Of a stretch of 11,790 bases of DNA, positions 1 through 7,124 are shown one piece after another (position 1 is the stretch's first letter; the number at the start of each line of letters is the position of its first letter). Position numbers and translations under genes: made by a program. Source of the DNA: Candidatus Thorarchaeota archaeon (lineage in GTDB: Archaea > Asgardarchaeota > Thorarchaeia > Thorarchaeales > Thorarchaeaceae); assembly GCA_004524445.1 (NCBI GenBank), contig SDNP01000053.1, positions 1 through 11,790 on the forward strand, in the 5' to 3' direction. Under the pieces are notes generated by a model. It was not told the origin of the DNA, did no database searches, and saw only the letters and a list, made by a program, of their open reading frames with translations.

Positions 1-2
1 AT

Positions 3-140
3 ACTGTGGACAGGTCGCCAAAAGGCACCTTGGTGAAGAGTGGTGATCCGGTGTGTACAGTCCTAAGCACAGGAGGTAGCCTGCGCGAGTCATATCATGA
101 TGCAGTTACAACCACTCAAGAAATTCACGAATCTCTATGA
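3..140 (+). CDS. C-terminal fragment of a probable ATP-grasp domain protein (COG2232-like); 5' end outside the window
   Basis: Hand translation of frame 3 gives TVDRSPKGTLVKSGDPVCTVLSTGGSLRESYHDAVTTTQEIHESL*, with TGA at 138-140. The D-x-x-P-x-G-T-x4-G-x-P-(V/I)-C-T-V pattern resembles the C-terminus of archaeal ATP-grasp_3 proteins. Not in the ORF track because no start is in the window. Confidence 0.6.
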   Translation, partial: TVDRSPKGTLVKSGDPVCTVLSTGGSLRESYHDAVTTTQEIHESL

Positions 141-154
141 ATCGACTTAAAACA

Positions 155-175
155 TTTTATTTTTTATAAAATAAA
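155..175 (+). promoter_or_regulatory. T-tract (possible archaeal terminator of the upstream gene) merged with TATA-like TTTATAAA for the 253..1269 gene
   Basis: TTTTATTTTTT at 155-165 lies just after the TGA at 140. TTTATAAA is at 163-170, and an SD-like AGGTGA at 241-246 precedes ATG 253. Confidence 0.45.
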
Positions 176-252
176 CCCCATCAAAATGTAAGACAAAGTT
201 ATATCTGCAAAGATTCCCAATACATAAGCACGTCTTTGCCAGGTGAACCGAC

Positions 253-1269
253 ATGAGGGTATGCTCAAACTGCGGAAAAGCAAACCAACCAACGAGAAAA
301 TTTTGTATTCGATGTGGAAGGAAGCTAATTCCCGATGTTGATATCTCTCCAAAGCCACCAAAAGAACCTGCGCGTGATACTGGCACGGTGACAACACAGG
401 CCAGCATGAAAGCTCAAAGGGAGAGAGAAGAAACAAAACCTTCAGAAGAGGAGCAAGACCAGTATGTACGCCCTAGTGAAGTGGCGAAGGACCGGGTCAG
501 AACTACAGTCAAAAAAGGGCGTATGACTGAGATGGAAAAAGCGCAATTGGCTTTCAAAAAAGCTGAATCAGCTGGAATAGAAGAAGCGCCCTCCGGAATC
601 GTTGAATCGAGGATGCTACGTCCCAGCGAGGTACATGAATTGCTGGAAGGTCCAACTCAGATGGAAACCACTACCCCTTCCGATGCTGACCTAACTGGCA
701 TTTCGCCAGAAAACGACATGCCGACCGAAACTGCTGTCGGCGCGCCACGAAGTGATGAATTGGAAGAGCAGCTTCTCGGATCCCACTCTGCATATGTGAA
801 AAAAGAAGAACCACCTGAAGCAGTATTGACTGCTTCAACAATGGAAGAAGGTGAAATCCCTCCAGAGGTTTCGGGTGACTTTACGTCATCTAAGTATGCA
901 GAAGCAGAATCAAAAAAGCCTGCTGCTGAAACAACTGAAGAGGAACTGGTATGGGAAGAAGAACCTAGAAGTGAAGATGAAATTGAGCGGCCAAGCGAAA
1001 CAACAGAGGCACAATTAATGGTCAGCGTTACTCATTGTCCCAACTGTGGAGAACTCATCAATGTCGATACCTTCGAGTACCCGCCAGAGGTATATAGTGC
1101 AATGGGCAAGGCAAGGATAAAGCAAGCGAGGTTCTTCATAGTTCAAGGAAAATACGATAAAGCACAGAAGATTGTTCGAATAGCGCATGCCCTGCTCACC
1201 AAAGCACAGGATGAGGCGGCCTTGAAGGAAGTCAGAAAAGTTATTGACAGTCTAGCCAGTAAGAGCTAG
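253..1269 (+). CDS. Zinc-ribbon domain protein with long acidic low-complexity linker and C-terminal CxxC plus TPR-like helices
   Basis: N-terminal CSNC-x10-CIRC zinc ribbon; E/P/T/S-rich middle region; lone CPNC followed by ARFFIVQGKYDKAQKIVRIAHALL (TPR-like). SD AGGTGA ends 6 nt before the ATG. Confidence 0.8.
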   Translation: MRVCSNCGKANQPTRKFCIRCGRKLIPDVDISPKPPKEPARDTGTVTTQASMKAQREREETKPSEEEQDQYVRPSEVAKDRVRTTVKKGRMTEMEKAQLAFKKAESAGIEEAPSGIVESRMLRPSEVHELLEGPTQMETTTPSDADLTGISPENDMPTETAVGAPRSDELEEQLLGSHSAYVKKEEPPEAVLTASTMEEGEIPPEVSGDFTSSKYAEAESKKPAAETTEEELVWEEEPRSEDEIERPSETTEAQLMVSVTHCPNCGELINVDTFEYPPEVYSAMGKARIKQARFFIVQGKYDKAQKIVRIAHALLTKAQDEAALKEVRKVIDSLASKS

Positions 1270-2057
1270 GCTTCCATCCAGAGCTTCATGAATTTCTCCC
1301 GCTCCATGGGAAACTTCTTCTGGTCAGCACACATCATCAAGAATTTCCCGTCGTATCCACGTTCTTTCAGTTCCCTGAATATGCTCTCAAAATCGATTGA
1401 GCCCTCTCCGATTGGCAAGTGTGTATCATATCGCCGCGCCAATTCTCTGGTCTCCTCAATGGATACCTCTCTCTTCTCTCGTGCCTTCAGGATGTCTTGA
1501 ATCATCTCTTGCCCGTTATTATCATGGACAATTACCATCTCGATGTGGTCGAAGAAGGAATCTATGTGACCAAGTGCACGATTGCGAGTAGCCATAATCT
1601 GACCATGTCCAATATCCAGTGCCAGCTTCATACCGGGGTGTTCATCAAAGAGTAGAGTGAGTTCCGTATAGTATAGCCCGAGGGTCTCGACACCAATGAC
1701 AACGTTAGAGTTTTTGGCTGTCATAGAGGCAAGCGGAAGCGCCTCCAGAAATGTGTCAATATCCTCATCTCGGTAAAAGAGTGTTGATAATGTGCTATGA
1801 AATGATACAAGTTCTGCATTTATTTCAGCACCAAGGTCAATATACGGAACAATGCCAGCGGCAAGGTCCATAGGTTTCCACTCGGGATCACTAGGCAGGT
1901 GTAATGTACAGGAAATACCCGCCTCACTCAAAGTATCCTTTGCCTTCTCAAAGGCGATACTGTAGTTCAAATCCATACGTAAGTCGATAAAATCGGGGTC
2001 GTGTTGCAGTGCCCAGTCAATCTGTTCGTTATCCCGCGCAAATGTTCCTATTTGCAT
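1266..2057 (-). CDS. Sugar phosphate isomerase/epimerase-like (xylose isomerase/AP endonuclease 2 family) TIM-barrel protein, metal site apparently degenerate
   Basis: Motifs TLHLP, SFH, GVET, LALDIGHG, HDNNG and DTHLPIGEGSIDF..IF..L...GYDG. ATG at 2057 is preferred over the TTG at 2066 given in the ORF track. Confidence 0.8.
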   Translation of the reverse strand: MQIGTFARDNEQIDWALQHDPDFIDLRMDLNYSIAFEKAKDTLSEAGISCTLHLPSDPEWKPMDLAAGIVPYIDLGAEINAELVSFHSTLSTLFYRDEDIDTFLEALPLASMTAKNSNVVIGVETLGLYYTELTLLFDEHPGMKLALDIGHGQIMATRNRALGHIDSFFDHIEMVIVHDNNGQEMIQDILKAREKREVSIEETRELARRYDTHLPIGEGSIDFESIFRELKERGYDGKFLMMCADQKKFPMEREKFMKLWMEA

Positions 2058-2163
2058 GTCATACAACCTTACTCAAGAAGCTTCACATCCTTCTTTTGTG
2101 GCTTTTGGTCTACAAGTCATATCGCACAGTTTTTGGTGTTCAATACTAATTGCGCTAGACATA

Positions 2164-2204
2164 TTGACAAGCAAAACCGCGATAGTTTTATCTTGCTATG
2201 TCAA
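2164..2204. promoter_or_regulatory. Imperfect inverted repeat in the divergent TIM-barrel/GTPase intergenic region, enclosing a TATA-like TTTTAT
   Basis: TTGACA-AGCAA...TTGCTATGTCAA: 11 paired positions with one bulge. An alternative inner pairing AAAAC/GTTTT is also possible. Confidence 0.45.
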
Positions 2205-2230
2205 GACAGAGACCACGGAGAGTTTGAAGC

Positions 2231-2776
2231 CTGTCGAATAGTGTTGCGTATCTTTTCAAGGTCGTCTTTTTGGGAGAAGGTGGTGTTGGGAAGACTTCGC
2301 TTGTGGGTCGTTATGTTTACGACTCATTTGAAGGAGATTATTTGGCCACCATCGGTGCCGCCATGCACACGAAGCCAGTGCAGGTCGGTGATACGCAGGT
2401 GAAGCTCGTTATATGGGACATAGCAGGCCAAGACGACTTTGAGCAGCTGCGCAAGGCGTATTATCAGAACGCCAGTGGCGCGTTTTTTGTCTTTGACACA
2501 ACACGACCAGATTCCTTGGACAGGTTTGAGGAGTGGTTGGAGGCTCTCTACAGCGTGACTTCGGAGATACCAGTTGTATTGCTAGAAAACAAGATTGACC
2601 TCGACTCAGAATTGGACCCCGATCGAGCTAAGACGCTTGCTGAGAAATACGGATTTGAACACATCAGAACAAGCGCAAAAGAAGACACCAATGTAGAGGC
2701 GGCGTTTCTAAAAGTCACGAGTGAGATTCTGGAAAATGCTCGGTCCAAAAAACCGGTGAAGCGAACGCCCGGATGA
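2231..2776 (+). CDS. Rab-like small GTPase (Ras superfamily), paralog A, 181 aa if started at CTG 2231
   Basis: G1 GEGGVGKT, G2 YLATIG, G3 WDIAGQ, G4 ENKID, G5 TSAK. The beta1 strand YLFKVVFLG is encoded mostly upstream of the ORF-track TTG (2270), so the true start must lie between the in-frame TGA (2225-2227) and 2249. Confidence 0.93.
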   Translation: MSNSVAYLFKVVFLGEGGVGKTSLVGRYVYDSFEGDYLATIGAAMHTKPVQVGDTQVKLVIWDIAGQDDFEQLRKAYYQNASGAFFVFDTTRPDSLDRFEEWLEALYSVTSEIPVVLLENKIDLDSELDPDRAKTLAEKYGFEHIRTSAKEDTNVEAAFLKVTSEILENARSKKPVKRTPG

Positions 2777-2926
2777 TTTTGGGAATTCGTAGCACTGTTT
2801 TCATATTCTCGGTCCATTTGTATTGAGAATGAGATTAGAGAGATTCATAAGCAGGTTTGCACAATCTTCTAATGGGCCCTCTTTCAATCATTAAATGAAA
2901 CGAAATGGACTAGGGGTATATCGAGC

Positions 2927-3448
2927 GTGTCAACCGAACCAGATTTTGTCTACAAGTTGGTATTCCTTGGAGACACAGGTGTGGGAAAGACTTCTCTGGT
3001 TGAGCGATACGTCTACGACAGCATCAGTGTTGATATTGGTAGGACAATTGGTGCCATCCTTCATGTTAAGCGGATGAAACTCAGAGATAACCTCTACAAG
3101 CTTGTAATCTGGGACCTTGGTGGCGAGGAATCGTTCGCCGACCTAAGAGAGCAATATTGCTCCAATGCGTCGGGGGCGTTCTTTGTCTATGATAGAACAA
3201 GACCTGAGACCTTCGAGAGCATGGACAAATGGCTCGATGCGCTGTATGCAGCTACCGGAGAAGTACCTGTAGTGGTTGTGGAAAACAAGATTGACCTTGA
3301 ATCCAATATCTCACAAGATGAGGTTCATCAGGAAATCTCCCGGAAGGTTCTGAACTATGTTCAAACAAGCGCTCTCGAAGACAAGAACGTTAATCTTGCA
3401 TTTCAAGAGTTGGTTCGGCAGATTAGTCAGAAACACGAGAATCCCTAG
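2927..3448 (+). CDS. Rab-like small GTPase (Ras superfamily), paralog B, 173 aa
   Basis: G1 GDTGVGKT, G2 GRTIG, G3 WDLGGE, G4 ENKID, G5 TSAL. GTG start with SD-like AGGGGT at 2912-2917. Confidence 0.93.
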   Translation: MSTEPDFVYKLVFLGDTGVGKTSLVERYVYDSISVDIGRTIGAILHVKRMKLRDNLYKLVIWDLGGEESFADLREQYCSNASGAFFVYDRTRPETFESMDKWLDALYAATGEVPVVVVENKIDLESNISQDEVHQEISRKVLNYVQTSALEDKNVNLAFQELVRQISQKHENP

Positions 3449-4137
3449 TGGAGACCGGCATCCTCTCTTTTGTAGGCTAGCCCCAGCTTCTTTTTCTTGC
3501 CAGTGACAGCATAGATTGCTCTCTCCGCAATGGCAAATGCTTGGTCCGCTGCACGCTCGCAGTAGCGCCCAACAACTACATAGAACATAGACATCTGTGT
3601 GATATCCGTCCTCTTTCTGAGAAATTCTGTTATTTCCTCGAACATCTCTTCAGTTTCTCTGTCACTCTCAGCTTCAAGCTTCTCCAATTCATCAATATCG
3701 GACAAGTCATTCTCCAGCAATGCCTTCATGGCAATCCCTAAGGTCTGCTTGGCTAGTCCAGCCAGGTACGGTAACGATTCAAGCTCTTTGTAATGCTCTA
3801 GGCCCTGAGCCAAGTCGACGATATGAGCTATTTTGTAAGCATACCGCCCAACTCTATAGAGGTTATAGGAAACGATGTGATAGGTAGACAGTCGCCTCAG
3901 GTCACTGGCAACGGGTTGTCTCCTGGCAATTGTTTCAAAGACACTGTCCTCTACTTTATTTGCAAGTTCTTCAACATCATCCGATATATCTCGCACTTTT
4001 GATGCCAGTTCAGCGTCTAAGTCTTCGAATGCCTGCATCGATTGCATGAAAGCATGTAAAGCGAGTTCAAAGAGACGCTCCAGTTTCCCAGCTATTTCGT
4101 CCATGTAGAATTCTAATTGTGTTCTCATCATATTCAC
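3445..4137 (-). CDS. phoU: Phosphate signalling/transport complex protein PhoU
   Basis: Two PhoU repeats: IARRQPVASDLRRL...LYRVGRYAYKIA and VGRYCERAADQAFAIAERAIY. Last gene of the pst operon. The start may be ATG 4131 or 4128 using AGGTGA as SD. Confidence 0.93.
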   Translation of the reverse strand: MNMMRTQLEFYMDEIAGKLERLFELALHAFMQSMQAFEDLDAELASKVRDISDDVEELANKVEDSVFETIARRQPVASDLRRLSTYHIVSYNLYRVGRYAYKIAHIVDLAQGLEHYKELESLPYLAGLAKQTLGIAMKALLENDLSDIDELEKLEAESDRETEEMFEEITEFLRKRTDITQMSMFYVVVGRYCERAADQAFAIAERAIYAVTGKKKKLGLAYKREDAGLH

Positions 4138-4902
4138 CTACCCTATTCTTCCTGTGATGAAGGCCTCTGTGCGTTCATCTTCGGGGGCTTCAGCAATCCG
4201 GCTTGTCTTGTCAAACTCAACAAGCTCCCCTAGATAGAGGAATGCTGCTCGGTCTGAAACACGAAACGCCTGCTGAACGTTATGTGTCACCAAAATGATA
4301 GTGTATTCCTTTTTCAGATTGATGATTAAATCCTCGATTTTGCTCGCACTCAAGGGATCAAGGGAAGAAACCGGTTCATCCATCAGTAGCACCGGAGGGT
4401 TGACCGATAATGCTCTAGCGATGCAAAGACGCTGTTGTTGTCCACCAGACAGATTTGGTGCTGGATGACCTAGGTTATCCTTTACCTCGTCCCATAGTGC
4501 CGCCTTCTTTAATGATTGCTCAACAATCTCTTCTAGTTCATCTTCATCTGATGTCCCATGGAGTTTTGGTCCGTAAGTAATGTTATCCTTCACACTCATT
4601 GGAAATGGATTTGGTCTTTGAAAGACCATGCCCACTTTCTTCCTCAACCCATATACATCAGCTTGTGAACCATAGATATTCTCACCCTCAATCCAAATTT
4701 TGCCCCTCATACGGAAATCACCAATCATGTCGTTGAGGCGGTTAATGGTGCGCAACAGCGTGCTCTTGCCACATCCCGAAGGCCCCATGACAGCTGTCAC
4801 ACACTTGTCTTCGAAGTAGCAGGTAATGTCCTTCAGGATATGTTTGTTTCCAAACCAAGTGTCGAGATTCTCAACTTCGATCTTGTAGTCTTTGCCGTTC
4901 AC
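4138..4902 (-). CDS. pstB: Phosphate ABC transporter ATP-binding protein
   Basis: Walker A GPSGCGKST, VGMVFQRPNPFPMS, signature LSGGQQQRLCIARAL, Walker B LLMDEP, H-loop VTHN. GTG start overlaps the pstA stop (TAGTG). Confidence 0.97.
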   Translation of the reverse strand: MNGKDYKIEVENLDTWFGNKHILKDITCYFEDKCVTAVMGPSGCGKSTLLRTINRLNDMIGDFRMRGKIWIEGENIYGSQADVYGLRKKVGMVFQRPNPFPMSVKDNITYGPKLHGTSDEDELEEIVEQSLKKAALWDEVKDNLGHPAPNLSGGQQQRLCIARALSVNPPVLLMDEPVSSLDPLSASKIEDLIINLKKEYTIILVTHNVQQAFRVSDRAAFLYLGELVEFDKTSRIAEAPEDERTEAFITGRIG

Positions 4903-5897
4903 TAAACAAGTCTCCTTGTGAATTTTCTTGAAATGTAGTTTGCAATCACATCAACTACCAGTACTATTGCCATTAGAGCCAACGCTGTCGAGTGGGCACG
5001 TATTTGCAGGTATTCTCGCGGGTCAGTGATGTAAGCCCAAATTGTGTAAGGCATAGACGCAACCCAGGAACCAGGACCAAAAAGGCTGGTGGGGGTTCCT
5101 AGGTTGTTCCCCGAGGTGAATATGAGCGGAGCGGTTTCGCCCATGATTCGTCCGATTGCTAACAGAATGCCCGTGACAATCCCGGGAAAGGCCGCTCTGA
5201 TTGTAATCTTCCATGTGGTCGTCCATTTTGTAGCGCCCAAAGCCAATGATGCCTCTCGAAGCGAGCTTGGTACCTGACGTAGTGCTTCCTGTGTTGTACG
5301 CAGGACCGTTGGAATCATCATGAAGGCGAGTGTCAAAGCTCCGGATACCAAGCCCATTCCCAAGCCCACAAAGCCTACCAGAAAGGTGAATCCAAAAGCT
5401 CCAAAAACTATACTTGGAATTCCTGCGAGAACATCCGCAGTGAACTCAACCGAGTTTCTCACAAATCCAGGCCTCGAATACTCATTGATATAGACCGCAC
5501 CTAAAACGCTCAGGGGAATACCTACCGCCCCTGCAACTAGAACCAGAATAACTGTCCCGATTATAGCATTACGTATGCCGCCCTGTAGTCCAGGGCCGGG
5601 AAATGTTGTCCAGAGCTCTAGACCTTGTCCGATTCCAGACCCCAGCAAATCCATTAAACCTACCATTGCAACATGAACAAAAATCAGAAAGAATGGGGAA
5701 ATCACTACAAGTATTATCATCCCAAGAAGGACTCTAAACAGTAGATCCTTCAATTCTCTATGATTCCGCACTGTGACCTGTGCTTTCAGCCAACCAACAT
5801 ATCGGTGAAGAGCTTGCCTTTCATCTTTCTCGACAGCTTCAGTTTCGTATGCCGCATTAGGGTCAACTATTGTCGGTTCCTGTTTTTCTCCTCTCAT
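4902..5897 (-). CDS. pstA: Phosphate ABC transporter permease PstA
   Basis: GGIRNAIIGT, AVYINEY, LAGIPSIVFG, RTTQEALRQVP, EASLALGATKW, RIMGETAPL; multiple hydrophobic segments. Confidence 0.95.
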   Translation of the reverse strand: MRGEKQEPTIVDPNAAYETEAVEKDERQALHRYVGWLKAQVTVRNHRELKDLLFRVLLGMIILVVISPFFLIFVHVAMVGLMDLLGSGIGQGLELWTTFPGPGLQGGIRNAIIGTVILVLVAGAVGIPLSVLGAVYINEYSRPGFVRNSVEFTADVLAGIPSIVFGAFGFTFLVGFVGLGMGLVSGALTLAFMMIPTVLRTTQEALRQVPSSLREASLALGATKWTTTWKITIRAAFPGIVTGILLAIGRIMGETAPLIFTSGNNLGTPTSLFGPGSWVASMPYTIWAYITDPREYLQIRAHSTALALMAIVLVVDVIANYISRKFTRRLV

Positions 5898-5910
5898 TGC
5901 TTCATACCAC

Positions 5911-6960
5911 CTACACCAAACCTCTCGTTTTCATTCCCCATCTGATGAAGAATTTGGCAATCAGCGTAAACGCGATAGACATGATGAGAAGAACAAGACC
6001 CACCGCAAACAAAGCGGACCTCCAGAGTGGAAACACAAAGGCATAGCCTAGCTGATTTGTGATTATGCTCGTCATTACATATGTTGGTTGAAAAAGGGTA
6101 AGAGGAATTTGTAAGGAATTGCCAGTAACCATCAATACAGCCATTGTTTCCCCAACTGCTCTTCCGAGGGAAAGCACTATCGCTGCACCAATTCCAGGAA
6201 TCGCAGCTGACATGACAATCTTTCTTGCTGTCTCCGATTTTGTGGCTCCCAATGCAAACGATGCTTCTCGATAACTTCGGGGTACTGAACGCAGGGCGTC
6301 ATCTGAAACCGTTATCACAGTGGGCAGGAGCATGACTGCAAGAATCAGACCTCCTGCAAGCAAGCTAAGCCCGTTAGTTTTTCCTTGGAACCAGGGCATC
6401 CAAGCTGTAAGAGGGTTTGCCTGGACGGCGGGAGCAAGTGAGTTCTTGATAAACGGCACAATAACAACGTATGCCCATAATCCATAGACTATACTCGGAA
6501 TGGCTGCCATCATCTCGATAATCATTCTTAATGGCGTCCGCAGGCGTGTTGGGCAAAATTCACTCAGGAAAATCGCGGCGCCAACACCAAGTGGCACAGC
6601 CAGGCCTATTGCTAAGAAAGTACATAGAAAGGAGCCAACAATGAAAATGCCAATTCCATAAAGGCCGCTATTTGGGTTCCATCTAAGGTCAAACAGAATA
6701 TCAATGCCACCTTCAGGCGCAGCGAAAATCGGAACAGCCTCAATCCAGAGAAATGTTAATATGAGAATGATGATAGATGCAGAAGCCAATGCCGGAATGA
6801 AAAGACCCATTCGCCCAAGTATATCGATTCTGGCTGGACCTCTTGCATTTCTGAGATCAGATATGAAGCATCCTATTCTATTCTTCACCTTATGAAACCA
6901 GTTTGTGGTCCCATCATCCTGTGATGAGGCCATCATTTGAGGTCTGCAAGTTTCCGTCAT
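5911..6960 (-). CDS. pstC: Phosphate ABC transporter permease PstC
   Basis: WNP..GLYGI, AIFLSE, AAIPSIVYGLW, REASFALGATK, GRAVGETMAVLMVTGN. Confidence 0.95.
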   Translation of the reverse strand: MTETCRPQMMASSQDDGTTNWFHKVKNRIGCFISDLRNARGPARIDILGRMGLFIPALASASIIILILTFLWIEAVPIFAAPEGGIDILFDLRWNPNSGLYGIGIFIVGSFLCTFLAIGLAVPLGVGAAIFLSEFCPTRLRTPLRMIIEMMAAIPSIVYGLWAYVVIVPFIKNSLAPAVQANPLTAWMPWFQGKTNGLSLLAGGLILAVMLLPTVITVSDDALRSVPRSYREASFALGATKSETARKIVMSAAIPGIGAAIVLSLGRAVGETMAVLMVTGNSLQIPLTLFQPTYVMTSIITNQLGYAFVFPLWRSALFAVGLVLLIMSIAFTLIAKFFIRWGMKTRGLV

Positions 6961-7023
6961 TTGCTCTCACATCTTGATTTCAGTAGATTGATTTTAATGA
7001 ATGAACCAAACAATCTGATTGTA

Positions 7024-7110
7024 CCGGGATGCTCTCCTGGGATTCGGGGTTATAAAGATAGGTGCGGAGGAGGCTCCGAATACAATGGGAACCCCTTCCG
7101 CGAAGGAGGA
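7024..7110 (-). promoter_or_regulatory. pstS-pstC intergenic hairpins and candidate internal TATA box
   Basis: On the minus strand after the pstS stop: CTCCTTC-GCG-GAAGGGG stem (7092-7108), CGGAG-CCTC-CTCCG stem (7065-7078), then CTTTATAA (7050-7057). Confidence 0.4.
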
Positions 7111-7124
7111 AAATATTAACTAGA

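Noticed and set aside
2270-2272. TTG start for GTPase A from the ORF track
   Set aside because: It removes the beta1 strand preceding the P-loop; the TTG is the Leu of VVFLG.
2774-2872. Selenocysteine readthrough of the GTPase A TGA adding a Cys-containing tail
   Set aside because: The G domain is already complete, no SECIS-like element was recognised, and the extension has no CaaX/CC terminus.
2231-3448. Eukaryotic contamination, or assignment to a specific Rab/Rag/Arf gene
   Set aside because: The genes are intronless, SD-led, lack prenylation motifs and sit among archaeal operons; subfamily cannot be assigned without a phylogeny.
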